The notes under the pieces are model-generated. The model was not told the origin of the DNA. It searched no databases and saw only the letters and a list, made by a program, of their open reading frames with translations. Below are positions 51,666 through 64,000 of a stretch of DNA of 64,000 bases, piece by piece. Source of the stretch: Eledone cirrhosa (Eukaryota); the NCBI GenBank assembly GCA_964016885.1, contig OZ024757.1:33294001-33358000 (forward strand), read 5' to 3'. Both the position numbers and the translations under genes were made by a program. Each line of letters starts with the position of its first letter. Position 1 is the stretch's first letter.

Positions 51666-53138
51666 TTGTTCAACACTGACAAAGGAACGATATACTAGTT
51701 TCAAGCTTATTAGCTATCGTCAGCACCGTATACCTTCCTGCCAGATGATTGAACGTCAGACGTTCAATCATCTGGCAGAAAGGTATACGGTATAAATAAA
51801 TTAATTACTAATTTATTTAATAATTAGTTTATAATTGCTTATATAATTAATAATAAATTTCTAATTTATTATATATATAATAATTAGTTTCTAATTTAGG
51901 CACAAGGCCAGCAATTTGGGGAAAGGCTTAGTTGCTTAAATCAACCCCAGTACTTGATTGAGGTATTTTATTTTGTTGACCTCGGAAAGATAAAAGGCAA
52001 AGTTGACCTTGGTGGGATTTGAGCTCAGAATGTAGAGTTGGATTAAATACAACCCTTTCCATAAATGAATGGTCTTACACTCAGGTAAAAATGATATCTC
52101 ACCTAATTGATTAATTAATAGGCTGGTGCTCAGGTAAGATACCATGTCTCTTAATTAATTAGTAAAAGTTTATTATGGCCATATGGAAATGGAGAATGGA
52201 ACCAAATATTTCTGATGTGTTAGTATGTAAGGGTACACAAAACGTGGGCCATCAATAAAAACCTGACTCCTACTGGACAAAAAAAATCTACTCCTTGCGG
52301 ACAAAAAAAAACCCTGCTACTGGACAATAACGCCATGTATTAGAAAATAAAACCTGGGGATTTTTGTTTGGTTGAGGTGGGTTTTTGTCTAGTAGGTATC
52401 GGGGGAGTGGGGGGTTGCTTGGTAGTGGTAGGGATTTTTCAGACCTGACAACCTCTAAAAACCGAAACGGGGAGTACCATGAGAAAAAAGTGCCCCAAAA
52501 CAGGGAGAAATGAGGCAAAATGGGGAGATTTTACATAATGAAAGTTATTCCCATTTTTACAAGAGAAGACATCTCTCACCCACCCACTTTGGGGTGGGAG
52601 ATCTCCCTGTCGGACTGGCAGAGTTGACAGGTCTGATTTTTGTCCAATAAGAGTGGGGAGTTTTATCTGGAGGGGGGGGGGGGTTGTCTGGTAGGAGGTG
52701 GGGGTTTTTTCTTCAGTAGGAGTAGGTTTTTTGTCTGATTTACTTTTGTCAGACAAAATGCTCTGTGGCATTTGTTGCAAGTTTTTGCATTCTAAGCTCA
52801 ATTCCGATGAAAGTCAATTTTGCCATCCATTCTTCAGGGAGTCGATTGAATAGAGTACCAATCATGTAATGAGGTTGATATAATCAATTTTCCTCTTTCT
52901 CTTAAGTTGCTGGCCTTGTGCAAATGTCAGAAAGAACTATTAAAATATTAGACAAAAATGTTTTGCGGTATTTAATTCCGTCGTCTTACACTCTTCAATT
53001 CAAATCCGGCTGGAGTCAACTTTGCCTCTCGTCCTTCTGGGACAATAAAATGAAATACCAGTCAAATACTGAGTAGATATAATCGATTTTCCTCTTACCC
53101 CAAATTACTGGCCTTGTGCCTATATAAGAAACCTGGAG

Positions 53139-53354
53139 TTAACCCTTTAACATTTAAACTGGCCATACCCGGTCAGAATTCTCTCACCTCTTTCTGTTCA
53201 AACCGGCTGTAACAGGCTGCTCATACTGATGTTAAGGTATTGTTCTCAAAATAAATAACATCAAAATCTCATAGATTTGATATTATGTGAGATAAAGCCT
53301 TTACCACAAAAATACAATAGTATATATAGAGTAACGTAAATGCTAAAGGGTTAA
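53139..53354. mobile_element. TTAA MITE copy (further copies at 15927, 18635, 29445, 30834, 41750)
   Basis: Both TIRs and TTAA intact. Confidence 0.8.
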
Positions 53355-53399
53355 TATAATAGATTTTTTCTTCCTCATCTCCCAAATTACAGGCCTTGT

Positions 53400-53885
53400 A
53401 AGCAGGCCTTGACTGCAGAGATGACAAGCGCTCTGGTGGAATCAGCCTCTTCCCATTCGAAGAAGGTAGATCCCTCATGTGATACGTTCTCTGCCTCCAA
53501 CTGTGTTACTTCGGCCCGCTAAGCAGAGGAAAGGAAGATAAACAAATACTGGGGATTGTCTGGTCGATTCCTTTTCACCCCGGTCGCCGTCAAGACCTCA
53601 GGTATACTTACTTGGACCCCGTACTACCGAGCTCCTCCACAAGATTGGAACATCGGCGGCTCATCTGGGGAAGGAGCCCCATGAGGTGGTGTGTGTGTGG
53701 GGGGGGGGGGTTTCAGCCGGTGTTGACAGCCATTGTCCACGGGAATGCTTTCAAAGCCCATCACCCTCATCATTCTTCTGTGACACTAGAGCTCTTGCTT
53801 TTCCCTTCCTTTCCCATTTTATTATATTTTCATACTTTACATTCATTCTTTCTCCATCTAATATGTTTTTCCTTTTTTATTAAAT
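53400..53885 (+). mobile_element. LINE-like 3' fragment, homologous to 15562-15880
   Basis: Shared ggctcatctg..ggagcccc.tga and cattcttctgtgaca.taga segments followed by a pyrimidine-rich UTR. Confidence 0.5.
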
Positions 53886-54109
53886 TGTTTTTACTATTAC
53901 AAACAATTAGAAACCATTTTTATGATTGGGTCGATAAAATATAGTACCAGTAAGACACTGGTGTCAATTTAACGGACTCTTCTTTTCCTTTCTAATTGCT
54001 GGCCTTGTGCCAAAAGTAGAAACAATCAAGAAGGGTGCGTGTGAAAAATACAAAACGAGAAAAATGATTTGTGATTTGTTGTTTGTGGCGAGTGAATAAG
54101 TTGACAGGA

Positions 54110-54298
54110 GGACAGAGAACGAACACAAGCAAGGACATCTAAGCAGTCTTTGGCTTTCATTTGTTTACCGGAAGAAGCAGTTTATCTCACACATACAGAT
54201 AGTCGGTCACATACACAGACTATACTGTAACTACACTACTACTACTAACTTAGCAATTCCAGTTTAGCTGTGCACTTCAGAAAAACAGCCATTCCAAG
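54110..54298 (+). other. Candidate non-coding first exon of the third gene
   Basis: Unique sequence with an ETS-like CCGGAAG at ~54168, ending in CAAG|gtaggt; 5' end not defined. Confidence 0.35.
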
Positions 54299-54478
54299 GT
54301 AGGTAGAACTTCATGCTAAGAAAATGTCTAGAGGCCAATATTTTATTTTATATATATACATATATTTATTTATTTATACATATATATTTATTTATATATA
54401 TATATATATCCACATATATATATATTTATTTATACATATATATATATTTATTTATATACATATTTATTTATGTATGTG

Positions 54479-54548
<70 letters not shown>

Positions 54549-56464
54549 TAGATACACACATATATATGTGGTAATCCTTCGTTTTAAGATCACAGACATT
54601 CTTGTGCTGTCTTCAATTTTTTCTTTTTGTAAACCCTTAGTGATTAATAAAGAAATCACATTTAATTTTCTTTGATAATAATTGTTTTTACTTTAGGCAC
54701 AAGGCCAGCAATTACCCAGTGCATTACTGTAATAATAATAACGTTACTTCATTAAATAATCAGTTTATAATGCATGATAAAGTCTCGGTTATTTATGAAA
54801 TAATAATTATTATTATTTCATAAATAACCGAGACTTTATCATGCATTATAAACTGATAATTTAATGAAGTAACGTTCACTTTTTTTTTCTTCACTCTTCT
54901 TTCTCTTTACGGTTGTGGCCGATCCTAGCTGACTGGTGTAATATTTACTCACGGAAATTACCGGAAATGTTTGATCTTAAAATGAAGGCTTACCGTATAT
55001 ATATACAAATATATGTGAATATATGTATGTGGATGTGTGTACACACGATAGTCAGTTTGATATCATATCACTGCTGCTTGCAATATAGAAGAGCAGAATC
55101 GACAACACCAACTAATGCGTTTAATAACCACCATCACAACCACTATCAACGCAATCGATACCATCATCATTACCAAAACCACCATCACCATCATTAGCAA
55201 AAACATCACCGTCACCATCACAATCATTACCAAAACCACCACCGTCATCATTACCAAAAACATCACCGTCACAACCAAAACCACCACCATCACCCTCATA
55301 ACCAAAACTACCACCACTATCATTACCAAAATTACCTCCGCCACCATTACCATTAAAAAGCACCACCACTATCACTACTACCAATATATGTAATAAACTC
55401 CTATCGTCTGCCATGTTTGATTTTAGCCTTCTTTAGCATTCCGAACATAGTTTGCCTCGTTTAGCTTAGCATTCGTCAAGACAGTCGATATGAATACATT
55501 AACCAGAGTTACCTTATTTCAACCCCTGTCCCAATTTCTTTCGTTTTATTTAATTTTTTTCCTTCAAGAAATTAATTTACAATTATAAAAAGAAAAACAA
55601 TTAAACACAAGATTGATTGTAAAATAAAGACGGTTATAAGAAAAAAAACAGCGATTCTATAGCAGTCGCCATTTTAAATTTAGGTCATTGTTCAAAATGG
55701 CTGATTAAAAAAATATCTTATTCTTATACTGGTTTCAGTCATGAGAATGTGGCCATGCTGGAGCCCCGCTTTAAATAGATTTAATCGATCATATTAACCC
55801 TAGATCCTTAAAAAAATTTTTTTTTTCAAGTCTAGTACATAATTTATCAATCTCATTTTATCCAACCGCCGAATTACAGTACATAAGCGCAGATACACAC
55901 GCCGAATTAATGGTTTTATTTCACAGTTTTGTTTTAGCCATTACTGTTCAGGCGGTGAAGTATCAGTAGCTAGAACTTCGGATAGAATACTTTACAATAC
56001 CCCCCCCCCCCCCCAACCACCACCATTTGCATTCTGTGTTCAAATCCTGTCGAGGTCGATAAATAAAGTACAAGTCCCATTTCTGGAAGCAGGGTGGGAT
56101 GAGTGTATTTTATTGTGGCACCAGCATTACCATTTCATAGATTGGCCTGGGTGCATTTGTTGTGGCACCGGCACTACCATTTTATAGTGTAGGCTGAGTG
56201 CATTTTATTGTGGTACCAGTGCTACCATTTTCGACATTAGGGCGTTTGTTGTGTTCTTGACCAAAAAGAGGAGGCAAGAACGAGGGGCTACATGTTGCTC
56301 CCCGAGGAAGAGGGAAAGTTGCATTTGTCATGATGTCGTCCCTACGACTCCATCAAGAGTCAAGTGTGCATGGTTTACTCTACAATATATTCTTATACTT
56401 ATTTTAATATTTAATCTAAACAAACCTAATATACTAGGCATTGTTTATCTCTTTGAACAGATTA

Positions 56465-56621
56465 ATGTCGGAAGCTCAAGTGATGTATATAAAAACAGAG
56501 GATGACGATGACAAAGAGAATTTAAAGAAGAAAATCAAATGTTTAGAGGAAGAGAATCAAACACTGAAGAAAGCTCTGGAACAACTGCAACAACTGCAAG
56601 GCAAATGCTGTGACTGGTGTG
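56465..56621 (+). CDS. Uncharacterised protein, first coding exon (acidic stretch + coiled coil MSEAQVMYIKTEDDDDKENLKKKIKCLEEENQTLKKALEQLQQLQ...)
   Basis: tttgaacag acceptor at 56460, ATG at 56465, heptad-like leucines, G|gtaaat donor in phase 1 (alternative phase-1 GC donor at 56600). Confidence 0.7.
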
Positions 56622-57145
56622 GTAAATATATCATCACAATCATCATCGTTTTTACGTCAACTTTCCCATGCTGGCATGGGTTGCACAGGACTTTAGTCGT
56701 TTCTTATAACATGCAGGGAGATAGTGTACATATACATTTTTAAGTGATACAGTATATGTATATATACATACTCACATATATATATATATATCATCATCAT
56801 TCTCATTGTTCTATGCCCATTTTCCATGCTTGCATGGGTTAGATGGGTTATCAGGATAAACAGGTTGGATAACTGCTAATATCCCCTCTCTATCCACCCC
56901 TGCACGTCTCACACCCTTTCACCACTTGTTTCATTTTAATTTTTTTACCCTCTAAAAAAATTTTTTTGCTCCCTTTTTTTCTTTCCCTCTTTTAATGTCT
57001 TTCCATCACTCCCCCTCTCACATCCTCAGAACTCTTTTCCTTCCCACTCTTCTCCAGATGAAGGGCTTATGCCTGAAACTAATATTAACACTTATTGAAA
57101 CTGCCGCTTCGTTTTGTTGTTTTTTTGTTTTCTGTTTCAAATATA

Positions 57146-57365
57146 GAGCGGTGGATTGGCAGTATTGGTAGAGAGTCGGACGCCATGCTTTGCAGCAAAG
57201 AGTTACGGCCCTTTATAATCTGATTTCAAATCCCGCCGAGGTTAACTTTGCCATTCATCCTCACGGGGTCGATAAAATAAAGTACCAGTCACGCACCGGA
57301 GTCGATTTAATCGACTTTCCCCTCCCCCAAAATCACTGGCCTTGTGCCTCTATATAAGAAACCAA
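57146..57365 (+). mobile_element. SINE family 1 copy (others at 460-925, 6235-6395, 15165-15555, 27438-27625, 45640-45800, 46087-46250, 58287-58440)
   Basis: A/B boxes and central domain. Confidence 0.8.
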
Positions 57366-59323
57366 TATATATATATATATTCAAAATTTTAAGAAACCCA
57401 AAGATACGAAATTATTATTTACTAGAATTTTTTTCCATACGCTGATGCGTATGTGTGTGTATTTGCATACATTTATATGTATGAGTGTATAATTATAAAC
57501 GTGCTAACACAGACATGCTTCCCCTTCCATCCTTTTACACACACATACATTCACGCAGCAGCAGATGTAAAGAGAGAGGAGTAGTATGAGGTAGTTATAC
57601 TACTCTCTCTCTCTTTACGCATTGTGACAGAATCACAGACATTTATATAAAGATTCCTACATCTCTACGAACGTTTCAATGCAGGTAGAATATCGTATCC
57701 ATTTGCGGAGAAACTGAACTACTCTTTTTGGCTCCTGAAGAACAGAGGACAGTAAAATGCATCTGGCTTATCTCATCTTACCAATGAAAATAGTGAATTA
57801 CTACACTATAATCTCATAAATATATAGATAGATATATCATCATCATCATTTTCCCTAATGCACTGCCTCGCAGCAACATGCTGTAATAAAGAAGACCCAC
57901 CTACCAGTATAAATGTGCCCTTCCTTCCCTTCCAATAGCACTCAGTAGCTATCTTAGTCTCCTGTACACTCCATCTATGCTCCTTAGTAGCTATTTCTCA
58001 CCATTACTGTTCAGGCCTATCATATTTATTCTTCACTCCTTAGTAGCTATTCTCACACCACTATCTCTGTCTAAAATCTTGACACACCTCATCATACACC
58101 TATGACATCATACTTGTCATCCTCCCAGTACGTAGGGTAGAGCAGGGTCCACATTTGAGCTAATGACCGCCAACCTCTCTAGTGTTGGTTCCACAAAGAA
58201 CGCACCTAGTAAGGTGGTTGGCAATAGGTAAGGCATCCTGCTGTAAAAACGATACAGATCTATTTATTACACTATATATATATCAGAGAATGGCGAATTG
58301 GCAAAGTCGTTAGAACGTCGGGTAGAGTGCTTTGTGGTATTTTTTCCAACTGAATTCAAATCCTGAGGAGGTCAACTTTGCCTTCATCCTTTCAAGGTTG
58401 ATAAAAAAAAGTACCAGTCCAGTACTGAGGTCGATCCTTACTCTATATCTCTTTCTCATTTTCTATCCTTCACTTGAATAAATATGCTGTACTCAGACCT
58501 GGAGGGGGATGGGCTCCGCCAGGCTTAAAATGCCCAGAAACGCCGTATGTCCACCAGGACTTACGGGACTCTACCATATAGTCAGAGAATCTTGAGCACT
58601 ATTTAATAAAGTATCAGATTATCTCCCTTTGTCTCCAAACTTAAAAATAACTTGATTATCTCCCTTTTCACCAATTGAACTTTTGCAGGTAGGCGAGCCC
58701 CCCGAGCCAACAAGCCTCTCTATGACAGTTGGGCCATGGTGTCCTGTGAGCAAGGTTTCTTCAGCTGGATGCTCTCTCTAATGCCAACCATTTAAGAGGT
58801 TAGCACTAGAGAGGTTGTCATGTGCTCAGCAAGATGAAGAGTACTCTCTATCATATATTTTTTCCATTTGATCATGGTACCAGCACTGGAGAGGTTATCA
58901 TTTACTTGGCAAGACTCAAGAGGCCACTCTACTCTATACTATTACTGTTTGATCACCAACCACTTTACAGAGTGTACTGGGTACATTTTATCATGGCACC
59001 AACACTACTTAGCAAGATTGAAGAGGCATCTCTACACTATATTGACTTCGTTTGATCACCAACCACTTTACAGAGTGTACTGGGTGCATTTTATTGTGAC
59101 ACCAAGGTTATCATGTACTTAGCAAGGTCCTCTACCCTATATTGTCTCTGATCATTAATCAATTTACAGAGTGTACTGGGAGCATTTTATCAAGGCACCA
59201 GCACTTAGAGAGGGTGTCATGTCCTCAACATGACTAAAAAGCCCGCTCAAGCTCTACATTGTCTCTTCACAAAGTATTTTCATGTTGGTAACTATAGTTA
59301 TATTTTCTTCTAAATTTGTGTAG

Positions 59324-59631
59324 AATTGTTGATGCCAAACTCTGATCAAGAGCGGACTGTGGTAAGCAAGTGGTTAGAAAGTGTTCTAATAGCCATCAAA
59401 AGTCAACGAGAGAATGCTGAAATCATCATGGAAGACACAACTAGCAGTTATATACCGTCCTTGCCAGTAGCCCAACCAGTACCACAACCACCACCACCAC
59501 CTCCTCCGCCTTCACTACCATCCTTGCCATCATTACCATCACCGGTGACTGCTCCATCCCCACCAACAGGCCTTCCTCTACCCTTATCTCCTTCAGACAC
59601 AGTCATGAATCTACAGCCTTTGTCAGTTAAG
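59324..59631 (+). CDS. Uncharacterised protein, second coding exon (amphipathic helix, then Pro/Ser-rich); gene probably continues beyond this exon
   Basis: tgtgtag acceptor in phase 1 matches the upstream exon; open frame to AAG|gtcagt. Confidence 0.68.
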
Positions 59632-59729
59632 GTCAGTTTTCAATATTTGCTATTTATATTTTGTATTTTATAAGAAGATGCAGGCATGGCAGAGCGGCTT
59701 AAAAAGTTTGCTTTTCATCATAAGACCCT

Positions 59730-60330
59730 TGATCATTAAAACGCCTGAGGAATTTTCTTTGAGGTGCGATCTTGTAGGAGGCCAGCTAAACCTGCATAGG
59801 TGTGAGCTGTAACATGATAGGACTGGTGGCCCTATCATTAAAATACCTAAGAAATCTCCTATGAGCTGCAGCCTTGTTGGAGACTAGCTAAATCTGTATA
59901 AGTGTGAGCTTTAACAACATGATAGAACTGGGAGCACCGAGCATTAAAATACCCAAGAAACCTCTTATGAGATGCATTCTCATTGGAGGCAGGTTAAACT
60001 TGCATATGTGTGAGCTGTAACAACATGATAGGACTGGGGGTTCTTATCATTAAAATACCCAAGAAACCTCCTATGAGATGCAACCTCGGCCAGCGAAACC
60101 TGCAGAGGTGTGAGCTGTAACAACAACAATACCAACAATTTTTAGAATAGGTAAGCTGTATACCTGGCTGTCATAAGAAGCAACTCATAAAAGCTTTACG
60201 TTGTAGAGGGTTAGCTAAACATGCAGAGGTGTGAGCTGTAATAATAGCATGCTAAGTTTGGGGACTCCTATTATTAAAATATTAGAGAAACCATCTTTGT
60301 GATGCAACCATAGGAAGCCAGCTAAATCTA
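59730..60330 (+). repeat. ~100-bp dispersed tandem repeat family (also 13775-14155 on -, 12455-12550, 63530-63680)
   Basis: ccagctaaacctgcataggtgtgagctgtaacaacatgataggactggg units. Confidence 0.75.
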
Positions 60331-61841
60331 CAGAGAAATTAAAGAATAAATAAATATATAGACATATAAAGTCTCTGCACCAAAACACAGACCCACTGCA
60401 CTTGCTATTAACTAAAAATGTTTGCATCCTGAACAACAGGAAGCAATCTTATAGATTCATTGAGTGGGTGAGTTATGGCTGGAGATCAATGAAATAATAC
60501 CAACAATTTTCGTAAACCTTATATATATACATAGGAAGGGCATCCAGCCATAGAAATCTAGTTAGAAACAGTTCTATATGGGTAAGACATGGTTATCTGA
60601 CCCAACTTGCCTCAAATGGGACATCCCATCTAACCCTTGCTAGTGTAGAAAGTGGATGTTAAACGATGGTGATGATGATGATATATACTCTTAACTTCCT
60701 GTAATAATTTAGCCAAAGTGTCTAAAAATAGGTTTGTTAATTCAAATCTGTATATTATCTTTACTAGTGGACAGGTCATTGTGAAATTTTGCAATAAACT
60801 AAAATAAAGACCTTTAATGTTAAATGTGATGAAGTCAGAGTTGATTTTATACTTTTAAAGAATGTCTTGCTAATGTGGTTTCATGTGTTTTGTTAATTTA
60901 TTCGAAACGGTGATATAATTAATGAATTTCGTCACTATTTTTCAAGGCGCTAAATTGTTTAATATTACCAACCTCCTCCTGCATCAACTATCAAAACAAT
61001 CAAGGGATGAACTCAATATCCCTATGGTGCCTATTAAACATCTTTAAACTGAGTCATCTAATCTTTGTTACACTGTTCGGTGGCTCACACTTCAGTCTTG
61101 TATTTTTCAATTAGAAGCTGGTTCAGGGGAGATAATTTATGTACATTCTATTTGAACTATAGCCGTCATTTTAGAAAAATAATTATTGCGTAATTATTAA
61201 TTTCTTTTAATATCATCCATTAGATTGCTGCCACGCTGGAGCATGGGGATTTTAATAAATTTTATTTTTTCAAGTTGGGTGCATATTTATTGATCTCTTT
61301 TTGTCGAACTGCTAGTTTTACAGGGCATAGACAAACACACACGGACACAAACACTGCCCAGCATACGTGTATGTGTATGTGTGTGTATATATATATATAT
61401 ATATACACACACACAATTATCCCCTGGTATTCGCGGGTATTACGTTCTTAGAGCACACGCTATGAACGAAAAACCACGAATATTGGTTGTAGTCCATAAA
61501 ATGTCTATAAACATCAAAATATAACGTAAATTATATTAAAAAAAAAAAGAGGGAGCGTCTTATGCGTCCAATAGACCGGCAAATATGGTATATCGTTATT
61601 AATAATTTACTGTTAAAAATATATTGCCACAAAAAGAAAACCATTAAAAATATTGCAGAAGATATTTACGATTCCGTGAATATGTGGCGGTTTCCACGAA
61701 CAATTATTAGTTTGGTTCTAAGGAAAATTCCGTGAATAACTAGGACTGAATGTCGGGGGTACACTGTATAATATATATATATATATACAATATATATATA
61801 TATATATATATATACATGCACATATATTTTTATATATATAT

Positions 61842-62013
61842 ATAATGAAGGAGTTGTGGTAAGGAACCAGATGGACCATAACGCACCAGAGTACTCAATA
61901 CTTAGGGTAGTAGAGTGGGTAATAGGAAAATGTATGACCACGACGGCTATTTCTGGACTAAAATAGCCGTCGAAACGGCTTGCGCTCTGCCGTCGGGGTC
62001 ATACATTTTCCTA
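61842..62013. mobile_element. Foldback HHR-like element, family B, second copy
   Basis: Tail plus palindrome 61925-62012 containing a stem II hairpin-GAAA-cggc(loop)gccg-TC; fragments also at 49105-49140, 49665-49800 and 51053-51095. Confidence 0.6.
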
Positions 62014-62019
62014 TATAAT

Positions 62020-62712
62020 AATGATAATAATGAAAATATTGTGTACAGTGCTCAGGTGCACTACAACTCATCAAAAGTGTATGTATAGTACATAGGGTAA
62101 TGTACAAACGCCAGGAAAATGAACTGCATGAGTCATGATATACACGTGTGTATGGAAGGAGGACATCAGGTGTAGTTTTGGCGAATTTCTGGAAGCATGA
62201 GGGTTTTAAAGGATGCAGTGTCTCGGCAGATAACAACTGACGCAGGCAGTTTGTTCCATGCTTCAGCAACTCTAAGCGTGAAAAAATGTTTACGAAAGTC
62301 ATGGGAGCTGTGCTGTTTTCTGACTTTGTAGGCATGGCCACATATGTTAGACACATGGAGATCAAAAAGGTGCTCAGGGTTGTTGTTGGCGAGATGGTTA
62401 ATAACTTTGTGGGTGTTTACTAAGTCCATTGCCAGACGTCGGAGCTTCAATGAATCCATGCCCAGGGAAGCAAGGTGTTCAGAGTATGATGGAGGGTATG
62501 CGCTTGCTTGCATGTCTCTGAACAGTTTCCAGGAGGTCAATGTTCTGAGCAAGATAGGGGTTCCAGACTGATGATGCGAATTCCAAGTGTGGTTGTACCA
62601 TAGCTGTATACAGCTTTAAATAGATGGCTGGAGAGCGGGTAACAAAGGTCTTGCTGAGTGATGCAAAGACACCCTCAGCCTTCTTGACAATTTTAGAGAT
62701 GTGCTTTGTCCA
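62020..62712 (-). mobile_element. CR1/L2-group LINE 3' fragment (RT C-terminus)
   Basis: LYTAMVQPHLEFASSVWNPY...LETVQR...L...L..RR...DL with frameshifts; (TAT)n tail. Confidence 0.85.
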
Positions 62713-64000
62713 ACATACACATGTACTATTGGTTCTTCTATTTCCACATCTAGGGAGCTGCCATGACAAAGTCTTTGCCAATCAATTATATGAAGTTAAA
62801 AGCAATTCTTCGAGCTACAAATGAACGACTTGGAGATAAAATGAAGTATCTTTTAAACAAGGTCAGTCATTTTATAAACACCATCATTATTATCATTATA
62901 AGACTGTGCCCCCAATTGTTAACACTTTAAAGTGGCTGGTTTTCTTTCACAAAACGAGACAGCTAGTTTTTGCCATCTTGATATCAAAGGGGTTAATGAA
63001 GAAATTGAAAGATTTACTAAAATTATTCATTATTTTATTGCAATGATAGTAACTTAACATATAGTTCTTAAAATTATGTTGCAAGATTGATTACAATACA
63101 AATACAAACCCTTTAAAATGGGTGGTTTTGTTTCATAGAACCAGAACCAGTTTCTGCCAGTTGGATATCAAGAGTTAAAACATCCAAGAAATCTCAAATG
63201 AGGGACAGTCTCACACAAGGTAGGCTAAAAGTGAAGGTGCATGGCCTAGTTGTTAGGGCAGGGTTTCCCAAACTTTTTCAAATGCAGAATCCTTTTTGGT
63301 TCAGAAACTTTTGGAGGAACCCTAAAGTCATACTGTTATATGGTTGTAATATAAATAAAATCCTCTACTTTTTTTCATGGACCCAGACACTTGTTTGTAG
63401 ATCCCACTTGGGGAACAAATGTGTTAGGGTATTAGACACACATGATCATACAGTTGTATATTCGATTCCTGGACCAAGTTGCTTGTGTCATTGAAGAAAA
63501 TGCTTTTCGGGATTTTATTAAAATACCTGAGAAATCTCCCATGTGGTTCAATCTTATCAGAGGTCATCAAAATTTGCATAGGTGTGAGCTGTAACAACAA
63601 AAATGTAATAGGACTGGAGGAGACCATATAATTAAAACACCCGAGAAACTTCCTTATACAACTTGTATAAGGTCAGCTAAACCATAAGCATTAAAAGAGG
63701 CAGTTCAAGTAGAGAAGGACTGCTGCTGTTTGATAGACTTTTCACAGTATATAGGATTGTTCAATAAATCACAAAAGTTAACAGCCATACAATATCCCAA
63801 CTAAAAAAAAGACTTGGTCGTGGCATTTTATTATTGTTTTTTCACTTATATATTTATATATAGATAGATAAATATATTTTCTTGTTGATTAAATAAACTT
63901 AGTTCTTTTATGTTTATATAGTGAAGGCATGTGGTTTAGTGGTTAGAGAGTTGGATTCACAATCGTGAGGTTGTGAATTCAATTCTCCTACTGTGTGATG

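Overview
AT-rich, repeat-dense eukaryotic (animal) genomic DNA. The SINE families, (TA)n/(CAT)n/(GA)n microsatellites and long introns suggest an octopus/cephalopod genome (inference). Almost all ORFs in the supplied track are microsatellite or repeat artefacts. Three spliced genes were assembled by hand with phase-consistent GT-AG junctions: (1) a small acidic protein gene (SMAP/C11orf58 family) on +, coding exons 12736-17347; (2) a convergent 10-coding-exon STK33-like CAMK-group kinase on -, 35382-20300, about 360 aa; (3) the 5' part of an unidentified coiled-coil/proline-rich gene on +, from 56465. Repeats include two or three SINE families, a ~210-bp TTAA (piggyBac-type) MITE family, Tc1/mariner MITEs, two non-autonomous Helitrons, and CR1-like, Tx1-like and RTE-like LINE ends. 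The most striking feature is a young Penelope-like element forming a 609-bp near-perfect inverted repeat with a GIY-YIG endonuclease and a variant hammerhead ribozyme (HHR). It is accompanied by several different families of short foldback palindromes beside (TA)n tracts, most carrying HHR motifs with the fold axis at or next to the ribozyme core.
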